This document shows positions 19,201 through 28,089 of a DNA stretch of 64,000 nt, in pieces. The position numbers were made by a program, and so were the translations under genes. The DNA comes from a virus (taxonomy: Duplodnaviria; Caudoviricetes): IMG/VR virus record IMGVR_UViG_3300025640_001000. The stretch is one strand, 5' to 3'. The notes beneath the pieces are model-generated. The model was not told where the DNA came from. It did not search any database and saw only the letters and a list, made by a program, of their open reading frames with translations. Numbering within the stretch: position 1 is the first letter of the stretch; the number at the start of each line of letters is the position of its first letter.

Positions 19201-22200
19201 CTCCATTTTTAGTTGAAATTTTGAATCAAGAAATAATTCCACCACCCGAATTACCAGATTATCAATCATATGTTATTACTGATAAATCATACGACTTGGT
19301 TGCATTGAAAAACGAAAATATCGATTTGCAATCATCAATTGCAAATGATTACAAACCAGTCGGACTAACTTCAACCATTTTAACAATAGAAGATTTAATT
19401 GAAAATCCCAATCTAATAACCGAACTTGGAGGTCCTCAGGCACTTGACAACATCGGTATTGGGGTAAGAGAACCATTGAAACTTTTCGGAGGAAGTACAA
19501 GCACCAATTTATATTATGAAAGTTCTATAATTCGTCCATTTTATTTGCAGTTGGGAAGAAAGGGATTGTTGCACACTTACAACAATGCTCATGTATTTGC
19601 TCCACACGGATTGTTTATTAAATCGTGGAGAGGTTCACGTAAGTATGCGATTAGAACAAATAGTTTAAATGATAACATAGATACCAGTTACAAATTAAAT
19701 GTAACAATAAACGTTCCACCATTAACTAGTGCGTGTGTGCTACTAGCAGAAAATTCGGAGGGTACACCCAAAATTTCTCAAAAACTATTTTCATTGGACA
19801 CCAATGCAATAAATGATAAATTCGGTGAATCAGTTGCAATGACAAAAACTGATGCGATTGTTGGTTCTCATTATGATAGTGACACAACTTCACAGGCCGG
19901 TTCGGTTTACTTTATGCAACTTAAAACCCAAAATGAAATTGATAGTTGGGTGTTGCAACAAAAAATACCCAATCCAGATAGACACACAGGAGATCATTTT
20001 GGAATTAGTGTGGCAATTTCTGATTATGTTGCAGTCGTGGGTGCAAATAATGCAAATGGTGTAAACCGAAACACAGGTGCAGTTTATGTATTCTATAAAA
20101 GTGTTGAAAACTATTGGCAGTTTGCTCAGAAACTTGAAGCACCTGATGGTGAAACGGGTGATAACTTTGGTATGTCAGTTACAATAGATGCAACAGATGA
20201 TGTTCAGAGAATTGTAGTGGGTGCATATACCCACGGAGAAACTGATTCGGGTGGAGCATATGTGTTTGAAACAAATCCAATTAGAAACACCGAAGCAATA
20301 AATTTAAAACCTGTGTACACATTCACACAGAAACTAGTTCCCAATTCACCTGATACAAACAATAACTACTTTGGTCGGTCACTTTCGTTGTTTAAGCATC
20401 AACTTGTAGTTGGAGCATGGGGAGATTCTAATGAAGCACACAAATCAGGTTGTGTTTACTTTTACAATTTGATGCCGAAAAATGCTCCTGCCCCGAGATT
20501 ATCAGAAGATATTGAATTGGTAGATGGTCCGTCTGCATTAAGTAGCAACTCACCATTTGGATTTAAACTTATTGGTAAGTCATTTCATCCAACTGATATG
20601 GCAGATGCGTATTTCGGATTTTCTGTTGCAATTCATTCAACGATTGCTCTGGTGGGTTGTCACGGAGATTCCACCAAAGGTGAAAAGGCAGGTTCGGTAT
20701 TTGTATTTAGAAAATCAGAAGGAACTTGGAAGCATTACACAACATTGTACCCTGATAACAAAGTAAATTCAAACCACGAATATGGATATCAAGTTGCGGT
20801 TCATTACAATCGTTTTATAGTATCTGCATTCAGAGATGATGTAGAAAAGCAAGATGCAGGAAGTTGTTATCTTTATGCATTTGATGGAGAAGACTGTAGA
20901 AAACTAAAAAGAATTGTTTCATTGGATTCAAGTGCAGGTGATATGCTTGGAAGTGGTGTAACAATTCACAAAGATTATGCGATGGTCGGTGCAAGTGGTG
21001 AAGATTTCAAAAATGCGAAAGATTCGGGATGTGTGTATACCATTGACATTCCAGATAACATTACATTTGTGGATCACGAACCCACCCCAACTCCCACACC
21101 AACCCCAACACCAACCCCAACACCAAGTCCATCAATTGCATCTGACGAATGTGAAGTAACTTTGTATTACGATGTGCATTTAAAAGACGGAGAAGAATCT
21201 TCAATTTTAAATAAAGAATATCATCTCAAAAAGGTGTTTAAAAAATCGGATAAATCACAAACAATAACTGAGAAACTTATTGTGTTGACTGATCCAATGT
21301 TGATAAATGGTGATCCTAAACTCAATTTTATTAAAACATTCAAAGCATTGCCAGGTGAGCATACTAAACTCGATGTAATGCGTGATGGAGTTGATATTCA
21401 TTTTTACAATAAAGTAATTGATGACGGAGATTGCCAAAAGAAACTTGAGGATTGCCACATAATTTACAGTTATGTACTTCCACCAATTCATTATGAATGT
21501 AGTTTTGGTGAAATTCCACCTACTCCCACTCCCACACCAACTCCCACACCTGAACCTATATTAGATTATGAGGTTACTGAATATGGATTAACTGCAAACA
21601 ATTATGATCTGCTTGCAATCGGTCAAAAATTATTTAGACACACAATTGCTCAAGATTACGAAGAATTTAATATGATTCCGACTTTAATTTATATCGAAGA
21701 TTTAATTGAAAATCCAAGATTGATTACAGAAATCGGAGTAACGAATTTAAACAACGCAGGTATAGTGTGTAGAGTACCGGGTAAGTTATCTGCAACGTTG
21801 GGTGGTTCAACAAACGAATACTATTACGACTCGGGTACAAAATATAGACCTTACTATTTACAAATTGGTAAAGCTGGATATTTACACACATACGGTGGAA
21901 CTCATGTATTTGCTCGTCATGACATTTATATAAAGTCATGGCCACACAACTATAGATACTTGGTAAAAACCGTAGGAAAATCAATTGAAGAGGTTAAACC
22001 TTTAAGTGTTCAGTATACATCTACTTCTAGAGAAATGTATGAACCATCTGGATTTAGAAATCACAAACCATTTTGGACAGGTAGTGTTACGATTCCGAGT
22101 AGTTTGGGTGGAAGTGGTCGTCCAGTTGATTCATATATTTGGTATGAAAATAATCATTGGAACTGGAACACACAATTTTCAGGAAACGAAAAACTGCATT

Positions 22201-23600
22201 GTCGTGGCAACTCTGAAGGTGGTGATGGACCATGGGAAGTTTCTCCGTTCGTTCATGCTCCTGAACCAAAGGGTTGGAAAAATGACGGAATCAGTGTAAT
22301 TGTAGAAACAGACGCACCCAAAGGAGTAAATTTAATTGACGAGTCACTTCGTGCATCTTGGCACGTATCATCAGGAACATTACCAAATACCGCGGAGGTA
22401 AACGGAAGTCCTGTTGGATTCGTTGAATATACAGGTGACATTAATTTTGATAAACCAACTCATGTTAAAAATATAAAAGTATCTGCTTCTTCGCAACAAG
22501 ATACTTGGATACGTGGAATTGAACTTCAGCAAAATAAAACTCCATCCGAAAATGTTGCACCTTATTACTACATAGATAGTAAAATCTCATCTGAACATCT
22601 TCCTGCGTTTACTTTATCGTTTTTCTATAATGTTCAAGATTACAACGAAGTTGATATTGCAGATATGACAAGTCCAATGTCAGGTGCACAAGGAGTATTT
22701 TGTTTTAACTATAAACCATCTGAGTTTGTTAGAATGTTTACATTAAAAAACAAACAATTTTCACCAAGTGTTCCAACTAAATATTTTGATAATATAGTTC
22801 CTACCACGGGTACTAGTTTATACATTGATGGAGGACCTTTTAAAACTCCTCAACTATTGGCCGCAGATTTACAACGAAATAAAACATATAGTGTAACAAT
22901 TCGGTATGCTGAACCAGATGAACAAGCAACTCAAGAAGATAATCCATCAAGATACATTAGAACTGAAACTGGTTATGATTTTGGAACTGATCCAGGATCA
23001 GTAGAAACTCAGGTAGTAAATGAACACACAGATTCCGAGGAATCTGCCGAAGTTATGACATTAGAGTATTTGTTGGAAAACATACATTTGATAGATGAAT
23101 ACGGAGTAGATTTCTTTGACAATGTTTTTATCAAAGTAACAAATACAGGAAAACTATCAGGTTACAATTCATCTTATACAAAATATGCAACTGGCAACCG
23201 CACATGGTATCTTCAAAAAGGAACGAACGGAGCTCGTTGGGCATACGATAATAGACATCCATTTAAACGATTTAATTTGTATTTAAAATCATGGCCAGGA
23301 TCAAGAAGATGTATAGTGATCAAAAAACAAATCAAAACAAGAGATTTAAGTAAAGGTCAGTTTGATGTGACACTAGTTGACACAAGTACAACTTCTAAAA
23401 CAAAAATCGTAAAGTCGGTGGAAAATCACAATTTCATATTTGATTGGACTAAAATTAATAAACTTAGTTTCGGTGGTGGAGCAAATTCTGCATTTGGAGG
23501 ATTTAGAATGTATGATAGAATATTATCAGACCAAGAAGCAGAAAAAATTTATGATTTGAGTAATCCAAGATTCAATCAACTTGGTAATACATATCCCTAG
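16239..23600 (+). CDS. Giant mosaic protein (2453 aa): shared N-terminal domain, RCC1 propeller with inserted LamG, FG-GAP propeller, three internal repeats, PT linkers
   Basis: GDNSYGQLG-type repeats; WLHMAYV..DDFRMFD (LamG); DKFGESVA/DHFGISVA/GAVYVF (FG-GAP); four (PT)n tracts; IEDLIENP..RPxYLQ..IKSW repeated. Confidence 0.8.
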   Translation: MAIVKKRTSHVWITSVDGCENKPIDDYSEYVNSLLAVNGDKQEYISKSPHNITEFNCGSTYTLFSDKVNYYVPNLVESNIDKDEGRISPHIFERFVMYGLDEYYLDANGIYILTSTFKNRKPTYTNREGTWKIFWETDTKWNLVPTAFNSVEPPFLDKPLLNDHNEPTSGFYTGQNQKGYTSHSIKSFEITDLIDYYVTANGNYNVTFFFKNDRQTYRHETNRWWIWWDSNKNRWELTYSENDSYERPYTDRLFNLDDDVIGGLWESLDGVQKGLGPNSPALPPTPTPTATPTPTATPTPTPTPTPTPTEVINEIVDVASGDDFTLILKTTGKVEVTGNNEHGSLATGDRLTKDYKRESKISDVKAIAAGKRHSLFLKNDGSLYVCGDNSYGQLGNTDVTSSVSDPMLVESADVISISCTAFGSLFVKNNGKVYAFGYNKNGTLGTGSFDNITTPIEINNKHTLTNVTMGYDPKTVTNTNGNQMIRDEVSRSFKSVNNNCINYTEERGLVFDFNERNDFFDMGNVHNEIFKTGTFSFSFWCNLRSHQSTEHNTRGGMLISKWYSSDALWLRNSFIIYASGTFVSAHENSVTHILDESGNSASLPLNTWLHMAYVLEDGKLNIYINGEQQHISNKNHIHRFSDQATSRLALGILHHNKSYALNGMMDDFRMFDKTLSDGDIMSLYKNDAYFGDDVELTEFPEMKEVTSGYSHSFLISKHNELYGFGQNDHGQLGDSTLENSFAPKKVYEGRIKKVSAGSAHSIALTEDDRLLMAGRNDVGQIGAGAAPGYRKFTYIQKPEIVNFAAGAGHSLILNYKGNLMVTGKNTDGQLGTGNFRNQNTFLANNIQKVINVFAGAKNSYLLLSNGKLLGMGDNDLYQLADGTTSDRTDPVEVGNEAIPPETPTPTPTPTPTYNEFDTDMECDVTFDYWLQNAPTKQGMSDFAKYQKTFTLNPFSVQRVMQFEFASTHINEGRHLEIKDLELSSEKTAPFLVEILNQEIIPPPELPDYQSYVITDKSYDLVALKNENIDLQSSIANDYKPVGLTSTILTIEDLIENPNLITELGGPQALDNIGIGVREPLKLFGGSTSTNLYYESSIIRPFYLQLGRKGLLHTYNNAHVFAPHGLFIKSWRGSRKYAIRTNSLNDNIDTSYKLNVTINVPPLTSACVLLAENSEGTPKISQKLFSLDTNAINDKFGESVAMTKTDAIVGSHYDSDTTSQAGSVYFMQLKTQNEIDSWVLQQKIPNPDRHTGDHFGISVAISDYVAVVGANNANGVNRNTGAVYVFYKSVENYWQFAQKLEAPDGETGDNFGMSVTIDATDDVQRIVVGAYTHGETDSGGAYVFETNPIRNTEAINLKPVYTFTQKLVPNSPDTNNNYFGRSLSLFKHQLVVGAWGDSNEAHKSGCVYFYNLMPKNAPAPRLSEDIELVDGPSALSSNSPFGFKLIGKSFHPTDMADAYFGFSVAIHSTIALVGCHGDSTKGEKAGSVFVFRKSEGTWKHYTTLYPDNKVNSNHEYGYQVAVHYNRFIVSAFRDDVEKQDAGSCYLYAFDGEDCRKLKRIVSLDSSAGDMLGSGVTIHKDYAMVGASGEDFKNAKDSGCVYTIDIPDNITFVDHEPTPTPTPTPTPTPTPSPSIASDECEVTLYYDVHLKDGEESSILNKEYHLKKVFKKSDKSQTITEKLIVLTDPMLINGDPKLNFIKTFKALPGEHTKLDVMRDGVDIHFYNKVIDDGDCQKKLEDCHIIYSYVLPPIHYECSFGEIPPTPTPTPTPTPEPILDYEVTEYGLTANNYDLLAIGQKLFRHTIAQDYEEFNMIPTLIYIEDLIENPRLITEIGVTNLNNAGIVCRVPGKLSATLGGSTNEYYYDSGTKYRPYYLQIGKAGYLHTYGGTHVFARHDIYIKSWPHNYRYLVKTVGKSIEEVKPLSVQYTSTSREMYEPSGFRNHKPFWTGSVTIPSSLGGSGRPVDSYIWYENNHWNWNTQFSGNEKLHCRGNSEGGDGPWEVSPFVHAPEPKGWKNDGISVIVETDAPKGVNLIDESLRASWHVSSGTLPNTAEVNGSPVGFVEYTGDINFDKPTHVKNIKVSASSQQDTWIRGIELQQNKTPSENVAPYYYIDSKISSEHLPAFTLSFFYNVQDYNEVDIADMTSPMSGAQGVFCFNYKPSEFVRMFTLKNKQFSPSVPTKYFDNIVPTTGTSLYIDGGPFKTPQLLAADLQRNKTYSVTIRYAEPDEQATQEDNPSRYIRTETGYDFGTDPGSVETQVVNEHTDSEESAEVMTLEYLLENIHLIDEYGVDFFDNVFIKVTNTGKLSGYNSSYTKYATGNRTWYLQKGTNGARWAYDNRHPFKRFNLYLKSWPGSRRCIVIKKQIKTRDLSKGQFDVTLVDTSTTSKTKIVKSVENHNFIFDWTKINKLSFGGGANSAFGGFRMYDRILSDQEAEKIYDLSNPRFNQLGNTYP

Positions 23601-23672
23601 AATTTTTTATCGTTTTTTCTTATTTTCATAGTTTTTGTTGTTTTTACTCAGTATATACATATATATAATAAT

Positions 23673-24140
23673 ATGAAGATACATCGTCCACTTTTAGAAA
23701 GTGAGATAAAAGTTGCCCAAGATGCCAGTCACTCAGCAGCGGAAGCAGCCAGAAAACTCAATGTAAGTTACAACACATATAAAAAATATGCTAAACTTTA
23801 TGGCATCATGGAAAGATGTAAATGTTTAGATGCTTCAGGTTTACCAAAAGTTCATAATCCATATCGTGGAAAATATCCATTAGAACAAATTTTAATGGGA
23901 ATGCATCCAGATTATCCACCACACCGTTTGCGAAAAAAATTATTCGCATCTAATCTTAAACAGCAAGTGTGTGAAGTGTGTGGGTATAACGAACCAAGAG
24001 TAACTGACGGAAAACTTCCATTGGTGCTTGCATTCAAAGATGGAGATCGAAGCAACCATCTATTAGAAAACCTAGAAATTATTTGTTACAATTGTTATCA
24101 TAACACTCACGGAAATTTGTTTGGAATAACCATCAAATAA
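23673..24140 (+). CDS. HNH endonuclease with N-terminal HTH (homing endonuclease-like)
   Basis: AAEAARKLNVSYNTYKKYAK (HTH); CEVCG...DGDRSNHLLENLEIICYNCY. Confidence 0.75.
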   Translation: MKIHRPLLESEIKVAQDASHSAAEAARKLNVSYNTYKKYAKLYGIMERCKCLDASGLPKVHNPYRGKYPLEQILMGMHPDYPPHRLRKKLFASNLKQQVCEVCGYNEPRVTDGKLPLVLAFKDGDRSNHLLENLEIICYNCYHNTHGNLFGITIK

Positions 24141-24187
24141 CACAATTGTTTTATTATATTAAGTAGATTGGGTTCTATTTATATAAT

Positions 24188-26533
24188 ATGAGATATATTG
24201 CGAGATTCGTAGATGGTGATTCTGTGCAAACATTCAAGGATCAGTTTGATGGTGACATCCTTGTAGAGTTTGCATTACTTAAAATGTTAGTGCTTGAGTT
24301 GACTGATGATAATTCAGCTTATTCAAAAGACGATCTTGAAGATTTTCCTGGTGTACTTTACATCAAAGAAGATTTGATAGTTGCATTGGATGATAAAACT
24401 CCTATCAATGAAAAGCAAGTTAACAAACAAAAAGTAGATGCGTATGGTTCTACTTTGCTTGGTACTGTTAATGGTACTACTGAATATATCACTCATTTAG
24501 AGATACTCAATTCGCAAAATTATGAGTATGCAACTGATGCACATGATTATACAACAACTGCGAGTGGTAAAAATGTTGATTGCTTTATCCTCGATACAGG
24601 CATTTTATCTAATAATTATTTTTTATCAAACCGAGTTTTCAAAACAGATTTTTCTACTACGATAAATGTTGAAGGAACTAATCAAGAAGACAACGATGGC
24701 CACGGAACAGTATGTGCAATGTTGATAGCAGGAGATGAATATGGAGTTGCGATTGATACCAATCTATATTCATTGAAAGTATTAAATTCATCTGGCACAG
24801 GAAGTTTTTCAACGATCATCGCAGCCATTGATAATGTTTTGAAATTTCATTCAAATAAAATCAACAACAATCCAAGTATAATAAACATGAGTTTAGGTTA
24901 TGTACCAAGTCCTGAGTCTCCTGTGATTCACAGTGATTTTACAAGTAATGACGATAATCCATTTAAGGATGCGATAAAAGAAGCAATAACAAGTGGAATT
25001 CATGTGGTACTTGCAGCGGGAAATGGATTTAACTCAGATTCAGTTCATTATGGTCCAATGTTATCTGTGTATAGCAATGGAAGTTTAAATTTATCACCGG
25101 AAGAATCTGGTAACAATGATCCTGGTCAAGGAATACCAATTGTGGTGGGAAGTCTTGATAGTGCATCTGCTCATTTAAATAGTAGTCCAAATATTATGTC
25201 TTCGTTTAGCAACTATGGCAAAGGAAACACAATCAATAGTACAGGAGGTCAATTATTGATGCCCAGATGGAATACAACTCAATCAATGGTTGATTCAAAC
25301 GATGGAAATTATTTTGTTGACGAAGAAAGTGGAACTAGTTTTTCTGCTCCGATTGTAACCGGATTATTGTGTATGCACTTAGAAAAAAATCCAAATGCAA
25401 CACCTTTGGAAGCACGTAATTGGTTGTTGCAAACTGCATCTTCAAATCAAATAGATAATTTATTCGAATATACTTCAGTTGAAAGTACATTTGATGTGTC
25501 ATGGAACAAAGAATCAGAAATTCTGATTTACGAAACAAACACACCAGGTGTGAACTTAACGGAAACTGCGTCTGCAAACTCGGTTGTTCAGATTTTAAGA
25601 ACTTCGGTAAATGATATTAGTGATGTAGAAGATAATATTGCCCAACTGAATTTAGTAAACGAAGATTGGTGGAATGTTGTATCGGTATCTGAGCAGAAAC
25701 TTAAATTAACACCATTTACAACAGGTCAAGATATAAGTTATGATGTAGATGATTTTAATCTTAGTTATGAAGGCCAACTAAAAATAGCAAATTTAGTAGG
25801 TACACACGAATCATCGGATGGAGTAAAATTTTGGCAAAGAATGTCTACCGAGAACCGATTGTATGATGAAAATACATCAATATCAGTTTATCTTGGTGCA
25901 TTAGAACAAACTAATAATATACGAGCATTTAATCCGTATCAAATATATAATCCCGTGTGGGGTGCAAACGAAGAATTGGATTTAAATTCTATGTTTTCAG
26001 ATTCTCCTTTGCTGAATGTAAAACTTGAAACTTCACGTGGAGAGCAACCTATGCCTATAACTTTTAAATTAGTTGCAGGTAATTTTCCGACTGGAGTTGC
26101 TTTAAATGAAGATGGAACTTTTTCAAAATCTATTGACTATGAACGATCTGTTTATGAGCATGGTTCGGTTATCATTGAAATAAGTTCCGAATACTCGTCA
26201 CCATTCGCAAAGGTGTATAAGGTGATTGATAACGGAGTACCTACAAAAATGACAACAACTGAAATCACAAAAGATGGATTCGTATGGATGGGAAGTGAGT
26301 GTGGCCAAACAACGAATATTATGTTAAACACTCAAACATCTTTAATAAAAGAAGTTATCAGAGTCAGAGATAACAAATGCGAAGTTTGGAGAAACGATAT
26401 GCCGACCACATTAACCCCATTTGAATCAATAGAAGTAGGTAACATTTACTATATAAAATTGGTTGATGAAAAAACCGGAACTTTGTCTGATGTATTTCGT
26501 GACAACCAAAATATGTTGATTATTAGTTGTTAA
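24188..26533 (+). CDS. Subtilisin-like serine protease (S8) with prodomain and C-terminal shared domain
   Basis: Catalytic motifs ILDTG, GHGT, AAGN, SGTSFSAP. Confidence 0.9.
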   Translation: MRYIARFVDGDSVQTFKDQFDGDILVEFALLKMLVLELTDDNSAYSKDDLEDFPGVLYIKEDLIVALDDKTPINEKQVNKQKVDAYGSTLLGTVNGTTEYITHLEILNSQNYEYATDAHDYTTTASGKNVDCFILDTGILSNNYFLSNRVFKTDFSTTINVEGTNQEDNDGHGTVCAMLIAGDEYGVAIDTNLYSLKVLNSSGTGSFSTIIAAIDNVLKFHSNKINNNPSIINMSLGYVPSPESPVIHSDFTSNDDNPFKDAIKEAITSGIHVVLAAGNGFNSDSVHYGPMLSVYSNGSLNLSPEESGNNDPGQGIPIVVGSLDSASAHLNSSPNIMSSFSNYGKGNTINSTGGQLLMPRWNTTQSMVDSNDGNYFVDEESGTSFSAPIVTGLLCMHLEKNPNATPLEARNWLLQTASSNQIDNLFEYTSVESTFDVSWNKESEILIYETNTPGVNLTETASANSVVQILRTSVNDISDVEDNIAQLNLVNEDWWNVVSVSEQKLKLTPFTTGQDISYDVDDFNLSYEGQLKIANLVGTHESSDGVKFWQRMSTENRLYDENTSISVYLGALEQTNNIRAFNPYQIYNPVWGANEELDLNSMFSDSPLLNVKLETSRGEQPMPITFKLVAGNFPTGVALNEDGTFSKSIDYERSVYEHGSVIIEISSEYSSPFAKVYKVIDNGVPTKMTTTEITKDGFVWMGSECGQTTNIMLNTQTSLIKEVIRVRDNKCEVWRNDMPTTLTPFESIEVGNIYYIKLVDEKTGTLSDVFRDNQNMLIISC

Positions 26534-26550
26534 TCTATATATTTAGATAT

Positions 26551-26967
26551 GTGAAAATAAAAAATAGTAAGTTTACTAGTTCTGTTAAGATAATTTATCT
26601 TACCGAGTCAGATGAAGAGTATGAACGAGTAAGCAAAATGTTTAAAATTCATGGTTATGCATTCATCGCAAACTCGGTAATATTCGTGGATGTTCCTTCT
26701 TTGAAAAAAGACGGATGGTTTAAAAAGCAATATCTTGAATTCATAGAGTCACACGAAATTGCTCATAAAGTATTAAAGCATCGTGATGGAGCAAGAAGTC
26801 GTGTACAAGAAGCAGAAGCAGATTATTTAGGTGTTAAGTTGTGCCAAGATAAAGGATTCAATGCAGCTGCCAACGTTGGTATAAAACATTTTGCAAATAG
26901 AAATTCACTTTCATTCACAGAGTATGATGAAAAGTACGGAGAAAAAATACTAAATTCAATAAAATAA
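26551..26967 (+). CDS. HExxH metallopeptidase-like protein
   Basis: SHEIAH...QEAEAD; GTG start after TATATTTAG. Confidence 0.55.
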   Translation: MKIKNSKFTSSVKIIYLTESDEEYERVSKMFKIHGYAFIANSVIFVDVPSLKKDGWFKKQYLEFIESHEIAHKVLKHRDGARSRVQEAEADYLGVKLCQDKGFNAAANVGIKHFANRNSLSFTEYDEKYGEKILNSIK

Positions 26968-26991
26968 TTGTTTGATTCAATAGTTAAATAT

Positions 26992-27282
26992 ATGGATGAT
27001 AACAATAAAAAAAATGATGAATTGAAACCTGACGATTTAGGAACCGTTGCAGGAAATTTTGTAAATGCCATGAAATCATGGCAATCAGCAGGTCGTCCCG
27101 TTGTTTCAAAGACAATTTGGAATGAACGACTTGCAATTTGCCGAGGATGTGAATGGTGGCAAGAAATAGCAAAAACTAAAATAGCACGATGCAAAAAGTG
27201 TGGATGTAGTAGTGCTAAATTGTTGCTTGGTACAAGTAAATGTCCACTGAACCCACCAAAGTGGAACTCACTAAGTTCATAA
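26992..27282 (+). CDS. Small Cys-rich Zn-binding protein
   Basis: RLAICRGC...RCKKCGC...CPLNPPKW; paralogue of 27843. Confidence 0.6.
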   Translation: MDDNNKKNDELKPDDLGTVAGNFVNAMKSWQSAGRPVVSKTIWNERLAICRGCEWWQEIAKTKIARCKKCGCSSAKLLLGTSKCPLNPPKWNSLSS

Positions 27283-27287
27283 TAATC

Positions 27288-27316
27288 TTGATATTTTGTG
27301 GCTAATATACTATAAT
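27288..27316 (+). promoter_or_regulatory. Sigma70-type promoter (leaderless or near-leaderless transcript)
   Basis: TTGATA-17 nt-TATAAT, ATG 8 nt downstream. Confidence 0.65.
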
Positions 27317-27324
27317 GTTGGTAT

Positions 27325-27846
27325 ATGTTTGAATTAGCTTACAACAAAACAAAAGAATGGGGACCTGGTTCATGCTTCGTCACATTTTACTTGATGTCAA
27401 TAAGTTTAATATTTACTTTATTTTTCTACAGAGTTTATACAGAATCTTTTACTAAGATTTTAGAAAATTTCACAATTCAAGAAAATCTTCCGTTATTTAT
27501 AGATTCATTGTTTTTTGCTCCTCCGTTTGAAACACTATTATATAATGTATTTTTGACATTTGTATTTTCTTGGTTTAAATGTAGACCACGTACAATTATA
27601 TTTGCAGTTGCACTTATATTTTCAGTATCTCATTATGCCAACGGAATTTTTGCTCCGTTGTTGGTTTTTATACCAGGATTGGCATTTTCTTGGAATTACT
27701 TTTTGTATCATATAAACAAACAATACATTTGGGGATTTTTAAGTACCACGATTTTGCACTTTGCTTACAACTTCACTTTGTGTGTTGTAATTCCGATGAT
27801 TTATGTCGTGATTGATATTTATTATGGTATAAACTTGATAAAATGA
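27325..27846 (+). CDS. CPBP/Abi (CAAX protease-like) intramembrane protein
   Basis: Multiple TM helices; APPFETLLY, FSVSHY, ILHFAYN. Confidence 0.65.
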   Translation: MFELAYNKTKEWGPGSCFVTFYLMSISLIFTLFFYRVYTESFTKILENFTIQENLPLFIDSLFFAPPFETLLYNVFLTFVFSWFKCRPRTIIFAVALIFSVSHYANGIFAPLLVFIPGLAFSWNYFLYHINKQYIWGFLSTTILHFAYNFTLCVVIPMIYVVIDIYYGINLIK

Positions 27847-28079
27847 ATATCGTAGAACAAGAGTATTTGAATAGTATAAATAAAATAAAAACTTCTGGAG
27901 TAAAAGTTGTTGACAAATCTACATGGAACTATAGACTTAGTAATTGTAAAAAATGCGAACATTATCAAACATTCTCTCAAAATCAAAATATGTTCAGATG
28001 CACAAAATGTGGTTGCGCTGGATTCAAGTTTATGGTAGAGTCTGTTAAATGTCCTTTATTAAAACCAAAATGGAAATGA
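27843..28079 (+). CDS. Small Cys-rich Zn-binding protein
   Basis: RLSNCKKC...RCTKCGC...KCPLLKPKW. Confidence 0.6.
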   Translation: MNIVEQEYLNSINKIKTSGVKVVDKSTWNYRLSNCKKCEHYQTFSQNQNMFRCTKCGCAGFKFMVESVKCPLLKPKWK

Positions 28080-28089
28080 ATAAAATATT

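Noticed and set aside
23673-24140. Intron or intein around the HNH gene
   Set aside because: Flanking genes appear complete and unrelated; the gene is free-standing
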